Shown: positions 1 through 12,330 of the stretch, piece after piece
How positions within the stretch are numbered: position 1 is the stretch's first letter
Layout of the letters: the number at the start of each line of letters is the position of its first letter
NCBI GenBank assembly: GCA_964276515.1
Contig: OZ193909.1
Location: 13,888,001 to 13,952,000, forward strand
Length of the DNA stretch: 64,000 nucleotides
Direction of reading: 5' to 3'
From: Gordius albopunctatus
Taxonomy: Eukaryota
Notes under the pieces: model-generated
What the model was told of the DNA's origin: nothing
Database searches by the model: none
What the model saw: the letters and a program-made list of their open reading frames with translations, nothing else
Program-made: the position numbers and the translations under genes

Positions 1-657
1 TATCGGTACACCTCATTAATATGCTCATTATAATGGCATTTCAAAAGCAAATTTTTTAAATTATTTAAATGGGTCTAACGCTCAGGCAAGTCCCTAAGTT
101 TTCAAACAAGTAAGGCCAGCCTAAAATAAAAAAACTGATACGGTTGATCTGACCTTGTAAAAACGGGTTACAAATTCGTAATTTGTATTTCACAGAATTT
201 TATATTATTGGAAATAAAAGTTGGCATGTTGTCGCCCCCTTGTAATTTACCCCCAAAGACTCATAATATACATTTAAGTTAAGCTGAAAGCTTTACATTA
301 AATCACTTTTCCATCTAAGAGTAATAATTCGGCTTATTTATAGGAGTGCTCTAAGGTGCTAATCCTATTAAGCCTAAATTCAGGCTTCTCTTTGACATGA
401 TAATATGCTATTTTCAGCTCGCAAATTGGCTAATTGGCGTATGATATATAAAATTGAATTTAGAATTAAGTTTGAATTACTGTAAGTGGCGTTAATTATT
501 TAATTAGATTTAAGTTCGGGGTTGGAGTTAAAGATTTTTCTAATTGCATGGTAGGACTTAGTAATTTATGTGTTTGCATAGAAAGCCATAAAGTAGGATC
601 AACATCCAGAATAAACAGCACGTCCTAAATTGACGAAAATAATTTTTTTTAGCTCTT

Positions 658-1113
658 ATGACAACTACAAATCCTAAAGGATTAGGATATTATCCTTCTG
701 CTTATGAGCCTAAGATTCACGGACCTTATTATCCTTGGCGTTATTACGGAAAACGTAATTTAAATATTGTGAACATAAATATTTAATATAGCTGATACTC
801 GTTTTCGGGATCTAAAATTAAATGAAATTTGGGGATGGTTAGGAAGGCGATCATATACACCTGGTGCCATGTATAATGCTGTCAGCAGAGGTAATAACTT
901 TTATGTATTTATCATATTCTTTATAGCCATGTGGAGATATAATTATAAGTGGGTTGATACCAAAGTTGGAATAAGTGCACCATTATTTCATTTGGCATTT
1001 AGCGCTATGCTATTTTCCTATATAATATTCTTTCCTAGATTCCGTAATATATATGTTTATTATTCTATAATTAATCATTTTTAGATTATGAAAGAAAAAG
1101 AAAGTACCATTAG
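658..1113 (+). CDS. ATP5MF: Mitochondrial ATP synthase subunit f; 4 exons (658-754, 792-890, 927-1043, 1085-1113), 113 aa
   Basis: Spliced translation MTTTNPKGLGYYPSAYEPKIHGPYYPWRYYGK-PDTRFRDLKLNEIWGWLGRRSYTPGAMYNAVSR-AMWRYNYKW...FPRF-HYERKRKYH* fits the subunit f (WRW family) pattern. GT-AG introns of 37, 36 and 41 nt keep frame. An AG acceptor at 652 means an upstream exon is possible. Confidence 0.9.
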
Positions 1114-1776
1114 TTTGAAGTCACATAGATTGACTTGTGTGAATTGGCTTCATTACTTTCTTTTAATTTGGCTGTTTTTTAATTATATTTAATACATTTA
1201 CTCTGCTTTGAACTATTATAATATTTTTTTCTTACATATTGGTATTTTTGGTAATCAAAATACAAATAATTGTATAATTCATCTTTACTATACATATCAA
1301 TTAATTATTTATCAAATTTTTATAAGATTGGTGAGTGAATATTAGTCAGTTATAAGCAATATATTTCTAAAAGCGTACAGAGATAGAACAGTTTTAATCC
1401 ACATGAGTAAATCCTAAGTTTAATTCATACTCACATATAATAGATTGGTTCAAAAATAACTTTTTCAATTTTTTATAAAGGACATATTCATTAAGCCTCA
1501 CACCAATATTGGCAAACATTGTTAATGGTCTTATTGTTTTTGCTACTATGGTAATGTATTTTCTAATTTACTTAAAAAGAATAAAAAATCTCATAGAAAA
1601 AAAATTTTAATCATTTTTTAGTAAATTAAATTACATGATTTGGCAAAAGCTTAATAAAATTCAGATGCCTTAGTTCCTCAAGTAGTTCCAAATTTTTTAT
1701 TAATGCTTTTAGTTAACAAAATTCACATAAATGGAGAGAGGGAGAGAGATATGTGTTATTCATAGACTAATAAAAA

Positions 1777-1812
1777 GGTGCCCTATCAACTCGCCGAAAA
1801 CTATCTTGCCCA
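1777..1812. repeat. DNA-transposon-like terminal repeat; perfect inverted partner at 5377-5399
   Basis: aggtgccctatcaactcgccgaa (1777-1799) is the reverse complement of ttcggcgagttgatagggcacct (5377-5399); related sequence at ~4750-4800 and ~8210-8230. Confidence 0.6.
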
Positions 1813-1833
1813 ATTCACCCTGAGACATTAAGT

Positions 1834-4720
1834 GTGAAAAGTATACAAGGGTCACCGCCTCACTCACAACGAAGGCGGTTAAGGAACCTAGTTGTCGAAC
1901 GGACAAGAGTGGCTAGCTGGAATGTGGGCACGCTGACGGGGAAGAGCATCGAGGTTGCGCAGATGCTAAAAAGGCGAAGGATACACATAGCGTGTCTACA
2001 AGAAACGCGGTGGCATGGAACAAAAGCCAGGGAGCTAGGAGATGGTTACAAGCTATACTACTCGGGTTCCCCATCACGGAAGAACGGGGTCGGTATAGTG
2101 CTTAGCGATTCCTTTAAGGACAAGGTAGTCGAAGTCAAACGATGCTCGGATAGATTGATGTGCATAAAGCTGGCGGATCAAGGCGGCCTTGTCAATGTTA
2201 TTTGTGCGTATTCGCCCCAGGTTGGATGTTCCGAAAACGAGAAGGACGAATTCTATGAGAAGCTCGAAGAAGAAATACGCTACGTGAAGCCTGACGAGAA
2301 TCTCATCATCGGAGCAGACTTTAATGGGCACGTTGGGAAAGAAAGGGGCGTGTACGAACGAAATCACGGCGGGCATGGCTATGGAGTGTAAAATAAAGAG
2401 GGAGAGAAGTTACTACAGATGGCGCAAGCTTACGATATGGCCATTGTGAATACCTTCTTTCAGAAGCGTACCGAACATTTAGCGACGTACAGTAGTGGAA
2501 ATCACCTTACACAGGTCGACTACATATTAGTGAAGCGCATAAATTTGTGGCAAGTTAAAGATTGCAAGGTTATACCGGGGGAAGAAATCGCCAAACAACA
2601 TCGGCCAGTTGTCCTCGATATAGCAAGAAAGATTTTTCCCGTAAGGAGAAAAGTCTACACACCAAGGACAAAGTACGAAAAGCTTAAGGATGATCATGCA
2701 AATGAAATGTTTCACACTCGAGCAACTCCGCTCTTGAAGGTTGCAGGCTTGGAGGGCGACATTAACAAAAGGTGGGGCACCGTTGCAAATGTTCTAAAGG
2801 AAACGGCCTTACAAATATTGGGACGAACTATGGTGGTGGAATGACTCGGTCAAGGAGGTTATAGAAGAAAAGAAGGCGTTGTACCTACGATGGTACAAAA
2901 CGAAGAAAGGAGAAGACTACGAGGCATATCGTGAAGCGAAACGCAAAGCTAAGATAGCGGTCGCGATAGCGAAGAACAACGCTTACACCGAGATGGCAAA
3001 CAAGTTGGATACCAAGGGCGGCGACATAGTCATGTATAAACTCGCAAAGATCAGGGAGAAAAAAAGTCGAGATGTCGGGACACTTAAAGTCATTAAAAGC
3101 GAAGAGGGACGAACGTTGTGCAAACCGAAGGAAGTCATCAAAAGATGGAAAGATTATTTACAAAATATGATGAACAAAAAAATGATAGAAGACCGCTAGA
3201 GAGGGTGGAACCGAACTCGAACTTGGTTTTACCATTTCAGGCTTATGAAATAGGAGCACAACTAACGAAGATGCGGAAAGGGAAAGCGCTAGGTCCCGAT
3301 GATCTACCGATCGAAGCATGGCTTGGGTGCAAAGGAGAAGGAATCGACATAATGACAGGCCTATTTAACGCTATGCTGTATGAGAGTCGTATCCCTGACC
3401 AATGGAGGGAAAGTACGATCATACCCATATACAAAGGTAAAGGAGACGCGCAGGAATGTGGCAACTTTAGAGGTATCAAGTTGACCTGCCACTCACTAAA
3501 ACTACTAGAAAGGGTGCTAGTGAAAAGGCTCAATGACGAAGTTTGTCTCTCGCCCAATCAGTTTGGATTTGTGGCCGGTAAATCAACGATGGACCCAATC
3601 TTTGCGTTGAAGCAGACGATGGAAAAATATGGCGACATAAGAAAGAAATTACACATGGTCTTCATCGATTTAGAAAAGGCCTACGATACGGTTCCGAGAG
3701 ACTTAATATTGTGGTCCCTTAGAGCCAGAAATATACCCGAAGGATATGTTCGACTTATCAAGGAAATGTATAATGGCGCGGTTGCATCTGTTAGGACTAC
3801 CGTAGGAGTAACGAAACCCTTCCGAATAATGATCGGACTACATCAAGGATCAGCGTTAAGCCCATTCTTGTTTAATCTAATTATGGATACAATAACAAAG
3901 GACTTGCACAAGCCAGCCCCTTGGACTATGCTATATGCCGACGATATTGTCCTATGCGATGAAACAAGAGAAGGGGTTTTTCATCAGGCGAAAAAATGGT
4001 CAGAACGTTTCTCGGAATTCGGGTTAAAGGTCAGCGAGAAGAAAACGGTTTACATGCAAACGATGGTCGGTAGTCCGCAAATGCACAAAATTGACGGTCC
4101 AAGGTACACGGAGGTTGATAAGTTCACATATCTTGGCTCGCTATTACATCAAGAGGGAGGATGTACCGCCGAAGTCCATTCTCGGATCAAGAAAGCATGG
4201 CTCAAGTGGCGCAGCATCTCCGGTGTCATGTGTGACAAAAAGATACCAATTTGGTTGAAAAGCAAGGCGTACAAAACCATCGTGCGACCGGTCTTGCTTT
4301 ACGGGAGCGAAACATGGGCTGTAACCAGCGCGGAGGAGAAACTCTTGCAAGTCACGGAAATTAGAATGGTGCGATGGAGCTTAGGCTACACCAAGCTGGA
4401 TCGCATGAAGAACGAATCCTTGATGACAAAGATGGGTATACAAGCGACGAAGGACTTCTTAAGAGAAAATCGACTGCGGTGGTACGGCCATGTATTACGA
4501 AGAGACGAAGACGATGTCACACGCCGAACGCTGGAGATGGACGTGCCTGGAAGAAGAGGAAGGGGCAGACCACGTGCCACCTGTAAACGACTGGTCGAAA
4601 AGGATATGGACGTCAAACAGATGGAAATTGGCATGGCATTCACACGACTCAGATGGAAGAGGCTGCTGAAAACGTACCCCACGTCTGTGGGATTTTCAAC
4701 ACGATAAAGAAGGAGATTTG
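1834..4720 (+). mobile_element. RTE-clade LINE copy 1 (APE endonuclease + reverse transcriptase), disrupted by a stop and frameshifts
   Basis: ORF pieces 1834-2391, 2419-2844, 2879-3199, 3118-4707: SWNVGTL, CLQETRW, GADFNGHVG, QVDYIL (APE); FIDLEKAYD, GLHQGSALSP, YADD (RT); LRWYGHV and RGRGRP (RTE C-terminus); short GAA-like tail. Confidence 0.95.
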
Positions 4721-5251
4721 TTGGGGGGGGGGGAGCATTTTTTAACATTGGGACATTCAATTCGGCAAGATGATAGACTGCCGAACAGCTGATAATTTTT
4801 CAGCAAGTATGGAAACCGTTATTATGTGGGAATTATACCCTGACAATAGAAGTCAACATAATTTATTGTTTTATATTACTTATTTTTTTAAATTAAGCAA
4901 ATAGTCTTACTTATTTTCTTAAACATTATATAAAGGAGAAGTATAAATATACCAGTGGTGGAGTTTTTCCCAGTAGCGTAGCTAGCCTTTTTGCCTTGGG
5001 GGTGGGGGGGCTGAGCTGGTCAAACCATGGGCGTAGGTAGGGGGATTTTCCCTACGAAAACACTTAAAAATTAAAAATATTTATGTTTTGCCCCCCCCCC
5101 CCCAATCCAAAACTTGAATACGACCATGGGTCAAATTCAATTTAAAAAATTTTCCATCATAAACGTTGGACAAACTTAAAATTCCGCTACTACTTTGTGT
5201 ATTTTATCTAATAACATCACACTGGTATGTCTCCTCGTGTTTATAGGGCAT

Positions 5252-6272
5252 TGGTGATGCGGAAAAACCGAGTCGAGACAAGAATTTTAAAAATGGAGTC
5301 GAGATCGAGACGATAATTTTGATGCCGAGACGAGAAGATACGAGATTTTTATGATTTTAAATTAGGGGACATTAAATTCGGCGAGTTGATAGGGCACCTA
5401 ATAAATATTATATATTTTTGCAAAAAATTTAAAATTTGGCAATCATTTACCCAAGCATGGTTGATCCTTATTCCTTAGCGTATGTGAATAATTTTATAAT
5501 ATATTTATCACATATTTTATGCATGGCATTATTGAATATTAAAAAATGTTAGGCTTAGAATGAGTTCTGATTGAATAGTAAATACTACTAAAGCATATTT
5601 AAATTTAGCAGTTACTCATCCAGCATGATGCGGTAATTATAAATTGGCGTTCAATCAGTTTGAACAATTAAACAAGTTAAGCCAAGGTCGCTGGAGATTT
5701 TTTAGCACCAGCCTAACGATTTTAAAATTACAATAGAGTATTTAATGACACCGTAATAAATTAAATCTTAAATTATGAGTTTTCTAGAAGATTTATGATT
5801 CAACTAATAGTATACCTCCTAAAATCTTGAACCATAATAAGTAGACATTATATTAATACATAGTTTTGTCATATGCATTATTTTTTACATATAAGCTGGG
5901 TGGATAGGTGCATTTAAATTACTATAATTTCTATAAACTAAGTCAACTATAAGAGATTTTATAATTTTCTAAGTCTATTTTTAGTTGACAAGTAAATTTA
6001 TTTATATTTTTTTAGTCTGCACTTTTCATAGAAAATGTTATCTTTATGAATTAATTCATATCTTTATATTGTCAATGAGATATCGTGTCCCGCTAAATCG
6101 TAAAAAATGTGCATTTGGATTTTTTAACACTTATTTAATATTTTTAATCAAACAGGAGAAATTTTTATTCCGTATATATATTTTTTAAAAGTCGAGACGA
6201 GATCAAGATTTTTTTAGACCGAGACGAGATCGAGATTTTCATAATCGCTCCCGAGACGAGATCGAAACACTA
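5252..6272 (+). mobile_element. Non-autonomous hAT element (MITE family A) with 8-bp TSD
   Basis: Ends TGGTGATGCG...CGAAACACTA, subterminal CGAGACGAGA repeats, TSD tagggcat at 5244-5251 and 6273-6280; homologous to copies at 10172, 30628 and 32339. Confidence 0.85.
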
Positions 6273-6589
6273 TAGGGCATAAAATAAATAAAATTTATTC
6301 ATAAATAAAACAAAGTAATGTAGTTGAAACAATATAGAAAATTTCACATGGTATAATAAGTTTTGTATAAATGAATTGTAAGGGCGCTAAGTGGAACGGG
6401 GATATTGACAAGAAATCTTTGCCTTTAAAAAACAATACAAATAGTTAAAAAAAAAACTATATAACAAAGTTTTTTTTTAATTATTGCCACAACCACATAA
6501 ATCTTGACCATATATATAACAAATTTTAATTTTACATATGCAATATTGGCAGCATTTTCAGGCATCATTCATATCAGGAAAACAATGAG

Positions 6590-7085
6590 AACATTTAAAA
6601 GCCCTTTTTAAGGTGAATTTCAAAAAGCGTAAATATAACATAAAGTATAAAAAAAATTAATTATGAAATTAAAATTTGTTCGAGAATGAGTATTTATAAG
6701 TTATTGCCCCTGATATTATAGATATATTTGCAAAACCTCCCCCCCCCCCCTTTACACCACCTAAAAATTGTAATGAACAACCTTAAAAATATTCTGTCAA
6801 AATTAAATGAATCAAAATTTTATTTAATAATTTTAGATGAAATTAGAGATGTGAGATGCAGAGAACAACTTAGCCTCCAAAGACAAACGTAATGAATTTT
6901 TTTAGGATTTTTATACCCTGAAGGTTTTGATGCGTTAATAATTGTCTATAAAATTCAGAAATTTTTTATTAATAATATTTATCAAACTTATGATGGGATA
7001 TCCCTAATAAGGGGGGGGGGGGAAATGGTGTACAAACTATTTTTTGGATAACTATTGGCTTGATATCTGCATGTGGTACATAAAG
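6590..7085 (+). pseudogene. Degraded hAT (ZMYM1-like) transposase, N-terminal/core part
   Basis: Broken frames give LDEIRDVRCREQLS, EFFLGF, QTYDG...NGVQ, resembling the DET.D..EQ / FLGF / YDG..GVQ motifs of ZMYM1-like hAT transposases. Confidence 0.55.
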
Positions 7086-7149
7086 ATATGCAAGATATGT
7101 TTAACAAAAACAATAAGCATGTGAGATGGACAAATAAATTAAATCCAGG

Positions 7150-8085
7150 ATGGAATTTTTGTAAATTTAATAGTATTTTAATATATTTTGAAAGTGTTTA
7201 AAAATTAAAAAAAGTTTAAAAGCCCAGATAATTTTTCATTAAATATTAAAATTAGTCTTTTAATTGTAGTTCATTACGCCTTTTACTTAATCAAGATAAT
7301 AAAATTTGGAACACTATTAAGGGCAATATTTTAATAAATCAAAAATATCATTGCATTTAATTTTATTCGAAGATAAAGAATTATAATATAATACATAATT
7401 TTTTGCCATTTTACTTCTGATAAAAGAGATTTATCGCAAAAAATGTGATGAAGGGTTTATACATTCTAGGGACTTATATAAATTACAATTACCGAAAATC
7501 TTATTTTTAATTCTGCTATTAAATTAGTAGATTCAAAAGAGTAAAATGTGTCATAATTTTTTTGTTTTTTAATACGTTTAGAAGGTAATAAATCATAAAT
7601 TGCAGCTAAATCTTTCGCCTTATTATAAAGAATTTGATAGTGATCCTCATTTCTAATATCATTTAAAGTAAATATTAGGCTATCAACCGTTGTAATTGCA
7701 TTTATTAAACAAATATATTGGAATATTATTAAATTCGGAAATGTATCAAAAGACAAAAGGTTATGTAAAATCCCATTGGCTTGAGCCATGTCTTTTGTCC
7801 TTTCTAAATTTTTAAGATAATTAATTGTTGCAGAATAATTATGCAAAAGTCCCATCATCGATTTTAAATTACTTGTCCATCTCACTGCACAAGGCAGTTC
7901 AATGGTTTGATGCTTAATATTTAACATCTCTTGCATATTTTTTAGTCCCACATGGTGGACAGCTGAAACTGAAAAAAAAACTATGCACATTATGTAATAT
8001 ACTAAAAAAGGTATTGCCAGAAGGGATTGTGGTGCAAATTGTCATGACCAAATTTAATTTGTGAGCATAAATAAAAAAATGGCTT
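7150..8085 (-). pseudogene. Degraded hAT (ZMYM1-like) transposase, C-terminal part
   Basis: ORFs 7914-8162 and 7466-7990 contain YAHKLNLV, CAVRWTS and AQANGIL, typical of this hAT group; frameshifted. Confidence 0.75.
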
Positions 8086-8254
8086 AAGGGACCCAAGATT
8101 TTTCCCTTGGGGGGGGCCATGGGGCCCGGTTTTTGATCTTGGTACGCCACTGGTTTTTCCATAAAGATGGCAGCTATAATGGTGTCTGAAGGATTTCAAT
8201 AGTAAAAATTAGCTGTTCGGCAGTCTATAATTTTATTAGTCTGTGGTACTCTGA

Positions 8255-8520
8255 AGGAAAACGACTCAAACCCCTGTGATCTGGGGTCAGAATAGGATCT
8301 CCTCTCCTCGCGAGTCGTACAAACCGACGAAGAGGTTGGCGCCAGGAAGGGCATCCGGCTGTAAAAACTGCTCCAACCCCTTATGAATACAAAGGCAAAT
8401 TAAAGGGCCTGACAAAACACGATTCTCATGTTCGGATAAAATGGAGGAAATGGATTAGGGGAAAACAGGCCAACCCAGGAGATCCTGGAAAACGGCCTTA
8501 AAACGACGAAGAAGAAGAAG
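8255..8520 (+). mobile_element. Bipartite RTE-derived SINE-like element (RTE 5'UTR motif + RTE-like 3' end + GAA tail)
   Basis: ggttggcgccagg...ccggctgtaaaaactgctccaa matches the 5'UTR of RTE copy 3 (from 35708); the 3' part translates RIKWRKWI, like an RTE C-terminus; ends in (GAA)4. No clear TSD. Confidence 0.7.
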
Positions 8521-8749
8521 GTGTTAGTAAATATCATGAACTATAATGTACTCCGTTTCCAGACATAGTAAGACGAATTTTGATAGGGGAAGGGGTTTAC
8601 GTAAACGCAAATAAATTTAAATATAGAGAACAAAAAATAAGAAAATGGACCTATAGATGAAACTTTAATCAACATGAATATATTAATATTTTTCACTAAA
8701 TAGCAAAAATGCCCGGCAATATAGCCTCAAAAGGGGTTAAAATAGTCTT

Positions 8750-8893
8750 TTTTGGCACCTTCAACCTCGTTTATCAAAAATCTCGAAGTTTTGGGAATAA
8801 AAAAAGAGATTAGTGTTCGGCGCAAAATTCTCTATCAAAATTATAAGTATGATTGCAGGATGGAATTACAAAGTCAACATTTCCGACCTGTGT
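8750..8893. repeat. Dispersed repeat (Tc1-like MITE end), second copy at ~38630-38768
   Basis: gcaccttcaacctcg...ctatc...ggatggaat.acaaagtcaa..acctgtg is shared by both loci. Confidence 0.5.
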
Positions 8894-10171
8894 AATTGTT
8901 GTCGGGGCGAATAATAAGCGATCCTTGTAAATTTGGAAGAAATAATAAATATTAGATGTAAAAATTATTAACAATCTGGTGATCGTGCTTTACAGTCACA
9001 ATAGATGCAGACATCTAGACAAATGGGTGTAAATTCTACATGAGCTAGTATATCTCCTTCAAATTGTTTCAAACACGCTTCCATAAGACCACTTATATAA
9101 TAACAAATCTTAAATTTAGCATTTAATATAAATAATTTTTCAAAGATTTATTGCATTTGAAATTAGGGATTTTCACTCATGAGTTATGGGAACGGACCTT
9201 GATTTCACTCAAGTGTGGAGGAGGCAGAAGCTGGCTGAATTTTTTTCCTATACTTGCTTCTAAAATCTAATGGTCAATTGCTTTAGGTCATTTCTCCCCT
9301 GCTTAAATCGTACCTTTTTAAGTCGATAAATATGTTTTCAATCAGCTTAAGTTTTCACTCTTGGTCAAACCAAAAAAATTAGCCCTAATTTAATTTTAAA
9401 TGATGAAAACTTATTGCATTTTAAACGGCTATATATATTGAGTAGATACAATTATATAGTGTATAGTAGATCCCGCAAAGTCACTTTCTTTCAATCCGAC
9501 CCGATAGCATTTAAATTTTTTCAACCCGAACCCGACCCGAATGCGTTTAAAATTTTTCAACCTAAACCCGAACCGAATCATATATTTTTCAAACAAAAAA
9601 TTGGAATCAAATACAAAAAATATTCATTTCGGAAGCCAGAGGTGTCGTTGTTATTGAAAGGACCCGTTTTTAGGAAAATATCAAATTAATACATACATAT
9701 GTATTAAAGTCGTCGTGTGTGAAAAATAATTTAAGATCAATGTTTTAGCTCTCTGATACAACTGTTATGTTCTGCTGGGTGTTAACTGTAATGCTCGGGT
9801 ATAGGGGGAAGGCGTCTTATGATTGGGTTTGCAGGATCAACTATTAGATTGGGGGTGTCTCCGGTTAGATTGGTGGTTGGACGATGGGAAAAATGTCACT
9901 ATCCTCGTCATTTATTTGACTATTGACGTTAAACACGTGCCACGAAGTTTTTTATTTTATTGATGTATAAGGATGATGTCACGAAGTTTTCTTGGAGAAG
10001 GTCCGTGTTTTGGGGTTTTATTGAGGGGAGGTAGGATTCAAGGGGTACATTCAGCGTGTTAAGGTAGCGGTTCGTAAGGCTATGGGGTAGGTAGGATAGG
10101 AGTATGGACAGGTCAACGGGAAAGGGTTTATGCGGTTACTGGATAAATACGACAAAGTGGGGGAAAATAAC

Positions 10172-10745
10172 TAGTGATGCGGAAAAACCGAGAAAAATCT
10201 CGGTCTCGTCTCAATAAACCGAGACGAGAATTTGAAAAATGGAGTCGAGATCGAGACGAGAATTTTAAAGTCGAGACGAGAAGATACGAGATTTTTTCGG
10301 CGAGATCTCGACTTTTTTTCGTTAGATCTTAGTAAATTATTGTGTATTTTAATTTTCATGATTTACATTTAAATCAATATGTATAGAATATATTTGACAT
10401 TAAAAAAATCCCTGTAAATATTATATTTTTTGCAACATTCATCTAAGTATGGTTGACATTTAGGGTATGTGAATAATTTTATAATATCTTTATCTCATAT
10501 TTAAATCCATAGCATTATTAAATATTACAAAATTATAGACTTAGAATGAGTTCTGATTGAATAGTAAATACTACTAAGTCAAATTTTAATTTCGCAGTTA
10601 CTCATCCTGCATAATGCGGTAATTATAAATCGATAGTCAATCAGTTTGAATAAATAAACTAGTTAAGCTAAGGTGGCTCGAGATTTTTGAGCACCCGCCT
10701 AACGATTTCAAAAGTACAATAGAGTATTTAATGACGCCTTAATAG
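10172..10745 (+). mobile_element. hAT MITE family A, 3'-truncated copy
   Basis: Starts TAGTGATGCGGAAAAACCGAG; internal sequence aligns by eye with 5252-5760. Confidence 0.8.
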
Positions 10746-11393
10746 ATTTAATCCAATACACTAATGGTCGGTTCGTAACACACCTATATTGAATTTATTC
10801 CCAAAAAAGGAGACTAACAGTTTGGGTCTGGCACTTTTTATTAAGACTACACCGCCTCAACAGACAGTAGGGTGCGCCCTTCACAACACTAAATTGCAGT
10901 TTAAATCCTAAATAAAATATTTTATGACTTAAACTTTGGAATTAACAATCAATTGACCATATCAAGTGTTAAATAAAATATATAAGGGTTGATACTAACC
11001 TTTCAACCGTTTCTAAACTATACTATTTATGAAAAGTTAAATCTAGAAATATAAAACTTTCAATATATTCTATTAAGATTTTATTATTAGCTTAAATAAT
11101 TTCTAATTTTCTACAAACTACCAAAATTTTAAAATGATCAAAAGTTAAAAACTTTAAATATTTTATAATATAAATAATACAATATTTATATTAAAAAAGC
11201 TTTAAATAGACTGATCTCTGACTCCTTAGCCTAATTTCTATGACCTTTCTAAATAACTAATTGCAAATAATGTGATAGCTTTTGTTTAGAATTCTCTTTA
11301 GGCAAACATCAAAAGTTCTAGCCTTAGATATTATTAAAGCCAGTAAATATGTAAAAACAAATAACATGCAATGTATAAAAGCTACGAACTTTA

Positions 11394-12330
11394 TTAAGAC
11401 AATATCAATGGTTCTAAAGCTTTGTAATAATTAAAATTTAAGTGATTTTTCATTTCTTTTTTGGTGAACCATTTATGATTGTCAAACGAGGCTAATTTTT
11501 GAACATCTTTTGATTTGACATAAGCCAAATAGAAGAACATCTTAATATAAAAGATCTAATATTAGCTAATTAAAATAATGTCATATTATAAACTAGTGAC
11601 AATATAAATATCCATTGATTTTAAATAATTTATATTAGATACCTTTGCACCTATATAACCAGTTGTATGCTTTACTGGTTTTGGATATTTGTAATGATAG
11701 TATCCCATAGGAGCATGGCCAATGAATAAAGGATTTATATTTGTAAAGAATGTTTTAAATGCTCTGTCAGCCGTCTTTATCAAAATATATAAAAAGCCTT
11801 TAATATTAATTAACTTGCAACAAAGTCTCCTTTCCATTCCATTGTTGTGTGGGGCATATTAGATATAATTTTTGTCCCAGTTGTTGAGGAGTAAAAAAAT
11901 ATACTTTTTCATCCAAATTACAGTTAATTTTAAAATCTACAAATTCTTTGAATATGAAATAAATATATGATTAGATCATACTAGTGTTCCTAGAAGCTGG
12001 ATGAAATGTTTTTAATTCATCTAAATATTTATCCCCCAACTCCTGGGTTGTTAATAATGATTTCTGTTTTCCGCTTAAGTTTTCTACTTTTTGAAACTTA
12101 CTAATATTATTTAAATGCAAACTATTATTAAATTACGATTCTTTAATCATTTTTTTTTCAAAATCAGATAAAAAGCTATCTCTTTCTTCTTTTTCATATA
12201 ATATCTTATTAAACTTTTTTTCAATCTCATTTAATTCTTTGGAAATAATTGGAGGTCTTTGAAGACAACAGGCGGCAAATATTTGCCAAGTTTTTTGTTC
12301 ATTATACAATATCTTGCCCAAAGAGCACAT
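11394..12330 (-). CDS. MRPL46: Mitochondrial ribosomal protein L46; exons 12330-12137, 12100-11982, 11936-11815, 11774-11643, 11540-11394 (true start may lie upstream)
   Basis: WQIFAACCLQRPPIISK...RDSFLSDFE; TQELGDKYLDELKTFHPASRNT; WNGKETLLQ-TADRAF; FIGHAPMGYYHYKYPK...GAK-MFFYLA...KWFTKKE match mL46 motifs. GT-AG introns of 36, 45 (or 36), 40 and 102 nt. Confidence 0.9.

Noticed and set aside
869..1084. 71-aa ORF as a standalone membrane protein
   Set aside because: It reads through introns of the ATP synthase subunit f gene.
2074..4760. Antisense and alternate-frame ORFs over RTE, Gypsy and CRE elements (here and elsewhere)
   Set aside because: Shadow ORFs of GC-richer TE coding DNA with no recognisable motifs.
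8425..8450. cggataaaatggagg as a second twister 3' half
   Set aside because: No upstream UAA/P2/L4 elements; better explained as RTE C-terminal coding sequence (RIKWRKW).
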